Positions 12,661-25,200 of a DNA stretch of 64,000 nucleotides are shown here, piece by piece (the first letter of the stretch is position 1; every line of letters begins with the position of its first letter). The stretch is from positions 620,001 to 684,000 of the forward strand of contig NMRA01000096.1 of the NCBI GenBank assembly GCA_002633005.1, read 5' to 3'. The notes below the pieces were generated by a model, which was not told the origin of the DNA, made no database searches, and saw only the letters and a list, made by a program, of their open reading frames with translations. The position numbers and the translations under genes are program-made. The stretch comes from Phoronis australis (taxonomy: Eukaryota > Animalia > Phoronida).

Positions 12661-13477
12661 CATAGGCGGATTTAGGAGGGGGGGGGGGGGCCNNNNNNNN
12701 NNNNNNNNNNNNNNNNAGGCTCTCCCGCGATATCCCAGGCGACCAGCAGTGGCGCTGCGCACTACGACTCCGTTTCCGTCGTCTGCTTCACTGGGCAATG
12801 AATAAAATTTACTTCATTTTTTAAAGAAAATGGAACCTGAGTGACGATGAAAAAACAGAAGCTGCTGGTAAGATGTGAATTTTAATCGAAGCCTTAGTGA
12901 ATCACTCAGAAACTCGCAATACTCTCTTTGTCTTATCTTAAGACGATTTCTAGAGCAATCCTGTCATTATTGCCAACACGAAAAATGGATTTGGTCTTTT
13001 GGTCATTTGAAGACTATTTCAAATACGACAAATTTGTTAAGAATTGATGGCACAAAATATAAAACGTGTAATAAGCATTACAAAAAGAAGTAGGTTTCAC
13101 GCGCAAACGCTGTGGACCATAACCAAGTAGGTCTTTTAGTATGAGATTAGTAGTTAAATCGTGGTGGTGTAGTGGTAACGCACGCGCGCTCTATCCGCCA
13201 GGTAGTGAGTTCGAGTCTTTGGTACTTGCAGTTTTTCCTGTTTGACACGTTCTCCATTTTTTTTTGCCTTTTTTCTTGGATAATACTTCAGGAATCAAGG
13301 AAAATGCTTGATTTTTAGAGGTAAAAACAGAAAAATTTCCTGGGCGGGAGGGGGCAAACCCCCCATTCTCCCCTCATTCGGTGCTATGCGCATCTACAAT
13401 TGTGGTTCAGTTTGCGCAAATGCTTACAGCCGGACAAAATGTTGGGCCCCCCTTGTGATATCCTAGATCCGCCACTG
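12661..13477. mobile_element. MITE with C...GGCGGAT..AGG TIRs and 5-bp TSD (TGGTC); contains an assembly gap and a tRNA-like segment
   Basis: TGGTC|CATAGGCGGATTTAGG ... CCTAGATCCGCCACTG|TGGTC; the N-run follows a poly-G tract. Confidence 0.65.
13161..13225 (+). pseudogene. tRNA-derived sequence (pseudo-tRNA or SINE head)
   Basis: Pol III A box TGGTGTAGTGG and B box GTTCGAGTC at tRNA-like spacing; acceptor and anticodon stems do not pair well. Confidence 0.5.
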
Positions 13478-13569
13478 TGGTCCTCGTGGGTAACTCGTCA
13501 ACCAATGTCGTCTTGTGCTGGCCATTACTTTTGAGTGGAAATACTGGTATACTGAAAATATTACATCTA

Positions 13570-15156
13570 CAGTGTACCTGACTATCCGACGGACCCTAAA
13601 ATTTTAAATATCAGACAGTTACATGAAATTTTACTTGAAGCATAATGTGAGAAATAAATGACACCAATTTTTGTTCCGCTGTAATGCATTCAATGTCCAG
13701 CACTGTCTCGTTATAGTGTTGCCACATTTTGATTTCACCAAAAGAGGGTGCAATTTAGACCCTCAAGTCAGCCTAAAATGGACGATCACATAAATCGGTT
13801 ATAATAAAAGTTGAAAACAAATTTTTTTTCCACAATGAAATCATCTGAATGAACTGACAATATGTCACTGTTTCATTTTTTCATTTGTTTTTAAACCCAA
13901 GTTAAACACCGGCTACGCACGTGCGTGGGTCATATCAAGAAAGCAAAGAGATACTAAAAACTGCAGTGAGGTTGCACGTGCTTTAGTTGTCTGCACTGAT
14001 TCATTGAAACAATTAACTTGGTGCTGTCATCAGATTTCATTTTATGGATAATTTTGTTGCGAACGGAGGTGTGTTCTAGCAGCAAATATATCATTACACT
14101 CGAGAGCAATTTGGCGACAACTGAGGTGCCCACGGCCATTACTTGGGTAGTCAGTTTTCCGCTGTGTGGATTATGAGGAAACATGGTGTCTGATATTTAC
14201 GTTCTCGGAAGGTTTGCTAGTTGTGTTTTTTAAAGATCAGTCAGAACATAAATGTGGCTTTAGGTGACAAGATATAATTAGTAGAACAATTCCGTAAAGG
14301 TAAGCCTATATTTCAGTAAATAATTTACAACAATCCGTAGTATTTTCAAATGCAAAATGTGCCAAAACATCTGATAATTAGGTCACTTGACGATACCTGA
14401 TCAGTGATTACTGTACAGTCACTACAGGTCTGAATTTGTCAAATTTATATAAGCAAGCAACTGAAATAATGTTTTGGCAAATATTCCATTATATTTCAGT
14501 GAAAATATTACATATCGGTGTAAATCCTTTACTGAAGTAAAAACTTACCTTTACAAAATTGTTCTGTGACTAAACCTTGTCCCCGTAAGCCACATCTGTT
14601 GCAACAGATCTTTAAAGAACACAACTAGGAAACCTGCGGAAAACCTAAAAAGTAGACACTATGTAGCCGCTTAGGTTCCACTGTGTTCAACTGACTAACC
14701 ACGAAATGGCAGAGTATTTTGATTTATATTTGCTGCTAGAACATATCTCCATTTGCAACATTACTATTTATGATTTCGATAAATCGTTGCAGACGACTGA
14801 ACTACGTGGAATCTCACTGCAATGTTAAGTATCTCTCTGTGCTCTTGGCATGATGCATGCGCGTTTGCTGCCGAGGTTTGACTTAAGTTTAAAGACAAAT
14901 GAAAAAAATGAAACAGAGGAGGATTGCCAGTTCATTGAGATGTTTCCAGTGTGGAGAAATATTTCAGATTCGACTTTTATAACCGTTTTATGCGATCGTC
15001 CATTTTGGGGGTCTTAATTGCGCCATATCGCAGTGAAATCATAACGAGTTAAATGGTATAAAAAACAAGGCGGTGCCGGACATTGAATAATGCAACAGAA
15101 TGCAAGATTTTATTAAACATCCTTTATTTAGGTCCGTCCAATATTTAGGTATGCTA
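13570..15156. mobile_element. ~1.6-kb foldback element (long diverged inverted arms, TA-flanked)
   Basis: Arm matches: GTACCTGACTATCCGACGGACCCTAAA vs TTTAGGTCCGTCCAATATTTAGGTATG; AAAATGGACGATCACATAAATCGGTTATAA vs TTATAACCGTTTTATGCGATCGTCCATTTT; AGAACAATTCCGTAAAGGTAAG vs CTTACCTTTACAAAATTGTTCT. Confidence 0.7.
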
Positions 15157-18008
15157 TACGTAGCTTTATTTTGGCCTTTTTATGTTCTTGGCCTTTCATT
15201 TTTGTTCTTGACTAACCCTTTACATGTGCAATTAGGTAAAATCTACTCCAACTACCAGTAGTTCACTGGACTACATGCTAAAATGACCATTTTCAACTAT
15301 ATAGCCATATTGTTCTTGCGCATGCCACAATTTTTCATTTTGGTTAGTTGACTTGTTTAATTTGCGTGTTATGCAAAACACTGAGGGTAGGTAATAGTAG
15401 TTTTTTTAGTGTATTTGTACCCAGTTTGTTATTCACAGGTATTTGTTTTTTTTTGCTTTGTAATCAGTCCAAAAGCAAACCAGTTGAACATTCCATCACA
15501 GGCGTCATCACCCCAGGGTCAGTTAGGGCAATGTATTACATGGGCAGTCATTTCATGTTGTGTTGCAAACTGTTTGGGTAAGGATTTATGACCTGTCATT
15601 CAACACATTGTTTTTGATAGAGTTCTAGTCGTAGAATGCCAGCCATTTTACGTGTATATTGACTATATTTAAGAGATGGTCGTAACTTATGTGTTCATTG
15701 AAAAACAGGAGCTCTTCCATACGGGAAGTTCAGAGTTGTAATTGATTTCCTTTAAATGAAGCCTACATCTGGAATTTATTTTGAATCAAAACTTTGAAAA
15801 ATCTAGCCAATTGCAGTAGACCCCATGTGTGCTCATGAAGCACAGTGTGTCCCTTTTCATCTTGGGTTATTGAGTGACTGATTATTGCAATGGTGTACAT
15901 TTACTTAAAGTGGCCATAAACCCACTTCAGTAACTTCTGATTATTTCCACCCCCTATAGTATGACTCGAGTTGTTTCTTACTCAGACGAGAAATGATTTT
16001 TGATCTTCCAAAGAACTGAAAGTTCATTCCTTCAGATCACGCTCGCCACATAAAATAACCCGCCTTGACATGCTAACTTGTACAGCCTGGTCTTGAGCAA
16101 TACTCAGCTCTTTCCAAGCTCAGGAATCACGCCTGATTTGACTTACAGAAGTGAGTGGTCTAGATCAAAATTTGGTGTTTGTGACCAAACAGGAGTTAAA
16201 AGGTGCTTGAATTGACAATTGTTTGTAATTTTATTGCAGGTAGCATCATATCCTTGGTGACTATGTCCATTTCTGGAACTGAGCAAGAAATTAGATGCGT
16301 TGTCAATTGGTTCACTAATTGGAGCAACTACCAGAAGGAAAAGTTTTTGAAAGATCTGCTCGAGAAAGCTTGTCCAGTTAACGTGGACTCGTTATTTGAT
16401 GGCATGAACACTCTCAAGGTGCAAGACAAGCCACCAAGTATATTTCAGTGCCAAATGAAGTTGTTTACTCAGTGGTTTTCAGCATGGACTGACAAAGAAC
16501 GCAACGATTTCTTGATGAAGTTACGCGAAGTAGATTCAGGATTTGTTGAAAGATTTGATGTNCCGTCCAATATTTAGGTATGCTATACGTAGCTTTATTT
16601 TGGCCTTTTTATGTTCTTGGCCTTTCATTTTTGTTCTTGACTGACCCTTTACATGTGCAATTAGGTAAAATCTACTCCAACTACCAGTAGTTCACTGGAC
16701 TACATGCTAAAATGACCATTTTCAACTATATAGCCATATTGTTCTTGGGCATGCCACAATTTTTCGTTTTGGTTAGTTGACTTGTTTAATTAGCGTGTTA
16801 TGCAAAACACTGAGGGTAGGTAATAGTAGTTTTTTTAGTGTATTTGTCACCCAGTTTGTTATTCACAGGTATTTGTTTTTTTTTTTGCTTTGTAATCAGT
16901 CCAAAAGCAAACCAGTTGAACATTCCCATCACAGGCGTCATCACCCCAGGGTCAGTTAGGGCAATGTATTACATGGGCAGTCATTTCATGTTGTGTTGCA
17001 AACTTTTTGGGTAAGGATTTATGACCTGTCATTTAACACATTGTTTTTGATAGAGTTCTAGTCGTAGAATGCCAGCCATTTTACATGTGTATATTAGCTA
17101 TATTTAAGAGATGGTCATAACTTATGTGTTCATTGAAAAACAGGAGCTCTTCCATACGGGAAGTTCAGAGTTGGAATTGATTTCCTTTAAATGAAGCCTA
17201 CAACTATTGTTTATGAGATACCCAATTTTGAATCAAAACTTTGAAAAACATAGCCAATTGCAGTAGACCCCATGTGTGCTCATGAAGCACAGTGTGTCCC
17301 TTTTCGTCTTGGGTTATTGAGTGACTGATTATTGCAATGGTGTACATTTACTTAAAGTGGCCATAAACCCACATTACTAACTTCTAATTATTTTCACCCC
17401 CTATAGTATGACTCGAGTTGTTTCTTACTCAGACGAGAAATGATTTTTGGTCTTGCAAAGAACTGAAATTTCATTTCTTCAAATCATGCTCGCCACATAA
17501 AATAACCCGCCTTGACATACTAACTTGTACAGCCTTATCTCGAGCAATACTCAGCTCTTTCCAAGCTCAGGAATCACGCCGGATTTGACTTACAGAAGTG
17601 AGTGGTCTAGATCAAAATTTGGTGTTTGTGACCAAACAGGAGTTAAAAGGTGCTTGAATTGACAATTGTTTGTAATTTTATTGCAGGTAGCATCATATCC
17701 TTGGTGACTATGTCCATTTCTGGAACTGAGCAAGAAATTAGATGCGTTGTCAATTGGTTCACTAATTGGAGCAACTACCAGAAGGAAAAGTTTTTGAAAG
17801 ATCTGCTCGAGAAAGCTTGTCCAGTTAACGTCGACTCGTTATTTGATGGCATGAACACTCTCAAGGTGCAAGACAAGCCACCAAGTATATTTCAGTGCCA
17901 AATGAAGTTGTTTACTCAGTGGTTTTCAGCATGGACTGACAAAGAACGCAACGATTTCTTGATGAAGTTACGCGAAGTAGATTCAGGATTTGTTGAAAGA
18001 TTTGATGT
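15134..18008 (+). repeat. ~1.43-kb direct tandem duplication joined at a single N (probable allelic assembly overlap)
   Basis: 15134-16561 and 16563-18008 are near-identical with scattered SNPs and small indels; the junction is the n at 16562. Confidence 0.9.
16263..16561 (+). other. Truncated duplicate of the C14orf119-like CDS, cut at the assembly N
   Basis: Same translation as 17710-18033 up to VERFD, then broken by the n at 16562. Confidence 0.75.
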
Positions 18009-18033
18009 TGAATCTTCTGCAAGGACTTTCTGA
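17710..18033 (+). CDS. C14orf119: C14orf119 / DUF4508 family protein (107 aa, single coding exon)
   Basis: MSISGTEQEIRCVVNWFTNWSNYQKEKFLKDL...DKPPSIFQCQMKLFTQWFSAWTDKERNDFL carries the family motifs QE.xCxxxWFxxWS and PPSIFxCQxxLxxQWF. Acceptor AG at 17685-17686; AATAAA near 18096. Confidence 0.85.
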   Translation: MSISGTEQEIRCVVNWFTNWSNYQKEKFLKDLLEKACPVNVDSLFDGMNTLKVQDKPPSIFQCQMKLFTQWFSAWTDKERNDFLMKLREVDSGFVERFDVESSARTF

Positions 18034-18538
18034 AATTTACTAGTTGACTGAATTTGTGTATTAGAGCACTGCATGTCATTGTAACCTAATAATAATAATA
18101 AAACTTTTGTCAACGCATTACACTTCATATTGAAAGGCACAACATGGATATTTTCAAAAGAACCAAAATACATATAAACAGAAAGAGTGGATATGCCATG
18201 CAGTTCTCCAACAAAAAGTACATTACCATACTAAAATATAAATACAAAATGATACCAGTATTCAAATGAGCATCTTGCCTAACTCTGGATATAAACGTGA
18301 ACAAAACATCCAGTTGCGTAATTAATTAATCTCACTCATATTAGCCCTCCTTCATTGTTCAGAGCAGGGAAGCAGTTTCCCATGTGATCAAAGCTTAAGC
18401 AAACATCTAATAATTTCATGTTTCATAAATTCACAACTTCTCCTCTGATACCAGTCTTATTTTCAGCTCAACTAAGTCACTTTTCTAACTCCAAAGTTAC
18501 TTTAAATAAAACAATGTTCATTTTACTCCTGGGCCTTC

Positions 18539-21500
18539 CTATGTAGCCTTTGTTGTCTTTGACTTGGCCTTGGCTTTCTTTTTCAATCCATCAATATTTG
18601 CTTTCAATAGGTTTGCATATGCCTGCAAAATAATAGCAATGAGCACAGATACAATACAGCACACAACGCTGGAGAAGGTCATTCGAATTCCCACCCACTC
18701 TATCACTATTGAATGAAGTGGAGGAGTGCAAACACCTACTGTTCTTGTATGTTGTCGGGCTCCTGCCTCGTTTAAATCCTAGATGGCTCAGCCACTTCAG
18801 ATTTCATCTCAAGTCACCATGAAATCACTGTGAGTATCAAAGTCGGACAATAATTGCCCCTAAGTTCCTTTTGAAGTTTGTATTGACTTCCTAATTTTAA
18901 ATTACTAACATTTCTCCTAGATTAATTACCTTTGGTTCACAATTGTTCCGTTTATTTCATGAAATCATGGCATTTGCCTTCACAACAGGAAGTAATGAGA
19001 TGGAAGTCTGAATTGCTCGGCAAATATCGGAGAAACGCCCGAAAGGGAATGAATGCACATTTACAGGTACAAATTGAATAGGTATGCGTAAAATTCTTAG
19101 AATGGAGTATGGTACAACCTTATTTTAGTCGACGTCTACGCCAGATTTGGCAACCTCAAATTTCATTTGGTGACCTCAGATTTCGTTTGGCAACCTGAGA
19201 TTTTTGCCAAGTCATCAAATGCGGCTTGGCGTTAAGCTAAGCGTTGAGCACTGTAGCTTGATAAAATCTGATCAAGCCATTATGGTAATGTGTCATTTTA
19301 AAATCGTTTCAATGACATGAGTTTCATCTCAACTGTTGAAGAGGTGTTACAATTGCACTATTATTTATTAAAACAAACTGATTGCTTACCATTTGAAATT
19401 TATTTACATCCTTCTGATTTACCTGAAATATAAAACATTGAATGAATATAATATGACATGATATATTCATAAACGATAACATATCGACTTCCCTAGAATT
19501 ACTGTGCATAAAAATTCAGTAATTTTTACACAGAAGTAAATTCACTTATTTCACTGAAGTTTGTTTTCATTAAGTTTTGGGCATCTTTGCTCATACAGCT
19601 TCATCACGATTTAGGTTGGCGAATCCAAATACTTCACACTTAAAGACTATACTGAACTCATGACGGAGGCAATTAAATAATGAAATCTTCTCCTACCATA
19701 TCCAGAACAAACAAAGGTGATCCTACAATTGTTATCTTCTTTGTACTATGTAACCTATTTTACGATACATGTTTTTAAGGAAACGTGGTACCAGCAAGGG
19801 TATATTAGCGTTGTGAGGTGACCATGACAGTGGAGAGTTGGTGGGATGCACTGCTGCTCCGATTACATTATGGACTAAAAAGTTGGAAAATCTGAGACTA
19901 TACTTTTACAGGGAAAGCAAACATTTTTGGAATTCTCTTAAATAAAAATCCTCAGTTATTACCATTAATTATTGTTCTGTTGGTCATTAGCTAATACTCA
20001 ACATCGGTGACAGCAAAAGTTGGACAAACTATGTCAAACTCTTCAAATTCGAACAAAAACTGCGGCCAAAAGAGTGATTGTTCAATTTCCCAAATCACGC
20101 CACATTACTAAAAATACTTAAAATTTCATCTTGTGTTTCATGGCAGCTGTATTAAATTAACTGAGCATAATGAAGTAACAAAAGTTTCCTTCCTGTTAAA
20201 TAAAATATTTCACTGTTCTGCCATATAGTGGCCTAAACAGAAGGAACTTCAAGGCACTCACACCACTATTGTTTGCTATACCTCATAAAGCCAGAATATA
20301 GCCTGAACATAACTGTAAATTTACGTTTCTAGTTAAGATGAAACAAACAGAGGTAATAACAATATGCGACCACTCGCATAAAAATGGAAAGTGCCGAATT
20401 GCAGTGACTCTTGAAGCAGAACCCACAGACACATCAATTAATCAAAGTTGTCATATGTTCATGATGTCAGTTGGTGCAAATCGTCTATGTTGTCTATTTA
20501 TAGAATGCCTTGCTAGTGAGCTGACAAGGTTTATCCATCATGCACTTCTCAAATCCTAAGAAAAGTTTACCCTTGGAACTATCCCTATCCCAGGGTGCAC
20601 GTGTACTGGACAAAAAGTCAAACTACAGCCTACCACGGTGCTAATCTTTTTATTGCCTAGCTGCGCTCTAATCAGACACTTGTACTCAGTGTCCTGGTGG
20701 TGGCCATGATGGCTAGATTTCGTCTCCTTGGGGGTCACTGGTTTGGGAGTAGTCCTGCCGTCATCTGAAGCAGAGAACACACAGAATTAGTGGTCACAGC
20801 TGAGATGAACCTGAATTAGCACAGCCACTGTCTGCTGACCAGTTAATTTACAATTAGCATTTTGTAGTTGTTCAAAAAATACTTGGATTTATTAACGAGC
20901 TAATTGGATTGATGAAGCTTTAAAAAAGAATTTGAGTTAATTTTGCACTCAAAACAGCCACTTTTCCTACTACACAAGACTTGCCATCTTTTGCAACCAT
21001 GCTACAGCTTAGTGACCATGCTTCGTTTAAAATTAAGAGACAGCTACTTTTATGCAATGAAAATACAAAAAAAATGTTCATCAGAAGGTAGGCCTAACTT
21101 AAATGTCTTACTAGTGCAATTACAGCCAATTCCGTGCATTAATTTGACTTGGACACAGTCCTAGACCTACCGCACCATCCTGCTTGCCTAGGACAAGATG
21201 AGTGTATACCTGAGCTATGAACCTGAGTCTTTTTAATCCAAATATTTGGCTCGAAGATTAGAAAAGCATAAACAGTGCTATCGACTCAACCTATTTTACA
21301 CGGGGAATGCTATCTTATGACCTACTTTTCATTTGGCAGAATTTAGCAGACAGAAGAATAAAAATATTGGTGAATCTTCACTGATTTTGTTCAACATATC
21401 ATGAAATCTATGGCATTGTACAGATAATTATGACTTTGAACATGCCCAGCTTTACATGAACATATTGCATCAGTGGCCATGTCACTTGTCAGGTGAAGGG

Positions 21501-22140
21501 TTTTCGCTAGCTCTGATACTTTTCCTCAAACATTTTTTTTCATTGTTACCTGAACAAATTCGCACATCATGAACGTACGATTCTCTGCTGAAAAGGATAG
21601 TCCAAAAACCACTCGCCAAATCATCAGAAACGTCCTTTTTAACGACAGCGTATTTGCCTCCGATATCCTGTTTTTTTGTCAGATGTCACATGACTTTTCA
21701 CAAGAGGGCGGACCTTTTGATAGATCAATTACTCGTTAGCGAGGCTCATGATCCAACGGAACTCGGAAGCCCGTCAACACAACAACACAGTCAGCAGGCT
21801 GGCTAGTAATTATGTGATTACTCTGAGGGGACATCATCATGAAATAGACCTGCTACCCAGTCTGTGCAGTGTTGATGGAGTTAGTTACAAGAAAAAATCT
21901 GTTTACTTACATCGTTTCATTGTCAGTGTGAGCGAACCCGTCCCAGATGTTTTCGACTTGTTGAACAACCGTGTGAGTTCACTGAGAAACTGAAACAATA
22001 TCACCAATTGCTTCATTTTTACACTTAATGTATATCTTAAATCTGATAACTTGATTACACTGTGCAATGTGAAGAATGGGGATTTAGTAAAACCAAGAAA
22101 CAAGTCGCCAACTCACCGAATCATTTTCTACAAGCACCAT
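18539..22140 (-). CDS. SRP14: Signal recognition particle 14 kDa protein (116 aa)
   Basis: Exons 22140-22117, 21989-21911, 20764-20634, 19422-19390, 18622-18539 (351 nt, all GT-AG). Translation: MVLVENDSFLSELTRLFNKSKTSGTGSLTLTMKRYDGRTTPKP...KCLIRAQLGNKKISTVVNQKDVNKFQMAYANLLKANIDGLKKKAKAKSKTTKAT. Confidence 0.96.
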
Positions 22141-22280
22141 TTTTCTGAAACCGGAACCGGAACTGCAATCACAGCGGCACCTATCTTGCAAGTGACAAAG
22201 GATATTTTCTGCCGGTGCGCGGTGCGTGTTTGCGTTTCACTTGATTTTCTGTCCATCTGTCAGGTATTCTTCGCTACGAA
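22141..22280. promoter_or_regulatory. Very short bidirectional promoter between SRP14 and SAE1
   Basis: 140 bp between divergent ATGs; tandem ETS-type CCGGAA motifs at 22151-22162 and a local CpG cluster. Confidence 0.65.
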
Positions 22281-25200
22281 ATGGTCGAAGGAAAGTCTGA
22301 GAGTATCAGTGAAGCTGAAGCAGAATTATACGATCGTCAGATAAGGTTGTGGGGCCTGGATGCTCAACGAAGGTGATTTCTAGTTTTGCTAGTTTTGACC
22401 GGTGACTGTGTACAGTGACTGTGGAGTGTACAGTCAGTGTCAGTGACCAGGTGGTGACAGGAGCTTATTTTGATATGTTCAAACATATCTCTACACCATA
22501 TAAGTAAAGGTCAAAGTTGATAACTTCAAAGAGGCTATCCGGGCAGCATCGAACAATAAACCCGAGTGTGTTTTTCGCCTCGGCTCTGAAACTGTTCACG
22601 TCCCTTTAAATTAGTAATTTTTGGTAGGGTTTATAACTACTAGTAGTTAGTATAAGACATTCTTTTGCATAGGGAAACTGGTTGTGAAAAAGTCACCCAT
22701 CTGAGCAACAGATCCAGCATACCTGGCTTTCTATGGGAGCTCCCCCAGCCCCTGAGTAATGTCTGGAGAATGCAACGGTTTCTGGTTTCATTTTAGGTTT
22801 AATTGTCTGATTATTCCTCTGGATTCTAATTAATTATGCAAGCTTAATTCCAGAAATGACATGAGCTGCCCAAATCATTCCTACTTTGGACTTTGTTTTT
22901 GCTGTTCACGTCACGACTAAAGCAGAAATTTTTACGTGTGGCAAACTGTTCTTCACCGTCGAGTCACAAAATGGGTGTGAAGGTACCTACTAAACATGTT
23001 TCAGGGTCCAATTTAGCGAGCAAGGTGCGAGCTGAAATTGCCATTGACAATCTGAGCTCATGGCTTACTCACCAAATGCTACTGCTGTTTCTGACTGTCG
23101 TTCTCGCACTTGCAAAACCACGTCAGCTGGGTCAAATAACACCATATATAGAACAGTAACAAAAATACTACCAAAAAGTGCTCTGTTGATCTTGTTTAAT
23201 CCATAGACACTAAAAAATAACACACGCGAACAGCACCCCCTTTTCAAGTGAGGAAGTGACTCTCTAGATGTACTGAACTTCGGCAAAGTAAGATTTGAGC
23301 GTCTGTGATTTCCACATGTGCTTTTCAAACAATAATAAAATGTAGTTGTTGATCCATCCAGGAAAGTTCATTGTAAATTGCCCGTCAACTATCAGCGCCT
23401 TCTTTCGGTCTTGTTCAATCCACAGGCACTCAAAAAATAACACACGCGAACAGCACCCCTTTTTCAAGTGAAGGAGTGATTCTCTTGATGTACTGAACTT
23501 TTGGTAAAGTGAGATTTGAGCTTCTGATTTTCTCACATGCTTTTCATAACAATAATAAAATATAGTATTTATCCATTTAGGAAAGTTATTATAAATCAAA
23601 TTGAATCTGGTCTGTTGGATAATACTCACAGAATTAAAGTCCTAGAACCTTGGACTTGGAGGCATCACGCATCTTTCAAAGGGAACGCGAGTTCTATTTT
23701 TATCTAAAATTATCTGAGAATACTCGTCGACGACAAATGATTGTGTAACTTTTTGGAAATCAACAGATGTCGCAATCAATCGTTGCACAAGCACAAACAA
23801 AGATGGTGGGGAATGGTTTGGGTTGCAAACGTCACTTACGGATTGACACATTCATAATTAATTGAAACCCAGTGGACTTTAAGGAACTTGAAAACTTAAC
23901 TAAGGTAACCAGAAAATCGTGACTTAGGAAAAATGAAACTAAAAATGGCTGTAAGTCCCTTTAATATAACAACTTTAGCTCTAGATTAAGGGTAAATTCT
24001 CCATTTCTTTCTCTTGTAGACTACGAGCTGCCAAAGTTCTTATAGTGGGTGCTGGAGGCTTAGCTGCTGAGGTAGCTAAGAACATTGTTTTGGCTGGAAT
24101 CAAGGCATTGACGTTTCTAGATCATCGAAATGTGAGTTGGCACTTTTCCTAATTCTCTAAGGCGTGCTGTTCATCTTAACGGGAAATTTATACAAATCAA
24201 TGACAAATGGTCAGTACGTACTGATAACCCAAACTGTACTCAAGGAGCCTTGTGATGGAAGTACTACCTTTTGGGGTTGATGTCACTTGGAGGTTTTCTC
24301 CAATCTGACTTTGTGAACAAGAATGTTTTATTATGTTAAAGGGTGTACATTTGGTGCTGTGAGTTTGCCCCTTGTTGACTAAAAGGCACTGGGAGTCACC
24401 ACAGTGTTGCGTTTTGAGTTTCTCTTTGTCCAACGAATTCTCTGTGTGTGGTGAACAGTTGTCGTTGACTCTTTTTTTTGTATTCTTTTCTTAGAACATA
24501 TTAAACATTAAGTTTCATTCATCTGTCTTTCAATTCTGACCTGTTTTATCTGTAAAGCGTGGGCTCAAAATCTATTTCCATTTAAGGTCTTACCTTTGAT
24601 GAAAAATACGTACTAAGTGTGAGTAAGCAGTTACCTTCTAATTATGATGTTCAGAATTTTGAAGTGACTAAACATGTTTATCAGAGAAATTATATTCCTT
24701 GTTTTTATTTTCAGGTGGAGCAGGGGGATTTTGCTGCCAATTTTTTACTGGCAGGTGCCGACATTGGAAGAAATGTAAGTTGTTCGATTGCAGTTGGTGA
24801 AATTAATATTATACAGTCATTGAGGTGATTCTAAACTAGGTATCGATCATGTGTACTCTTATGCTAAATGGTGTCTGTTGTCCAAAGTTCCAGCATAGTT
24901 TTTGCACGTATTGAAACTGCAAGCTCAAAAAGGAACCCATTATTCTGACGTTTCATTGCATATTCCTAGAGTACAAACGCTTTAGGCCTAATTTTCATTA
25001 TACGTCACTAGTTATTTAGTTGTCGCTTTCAGGATACAATGATTTCATTTAATTTATATTGGTTACTTGAATTTGTCTTTCTCAGAGAGCTGTAAGTTGT
25101 CTAGAGAACACCCAAAAGTTGAACAGCATGGTCGAGGTCCGGGCAGACAAAGACGATATATCCACCAAGCCTGACTCATACTTCACGCATTTCGATGTTG

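Noticed and set aside
12586-12805. ORFs spanning the N-run
   Set aside because: They cross an assembly gap inside a MITE poly-G tract.
13161-13225. Functional tRNA gene
   Set aside because: A and B boxes are present but the cloverleaf stems do not pair, and it lies within a repeat.
16203-16262. N-terminal extension MLELTIVCNFIAG of the C14orf119-like ORF (also at 17650)
   Set aside because: It starts at GTG and runs through an intron acceptor; the first ATG is at 16263 / 17710.
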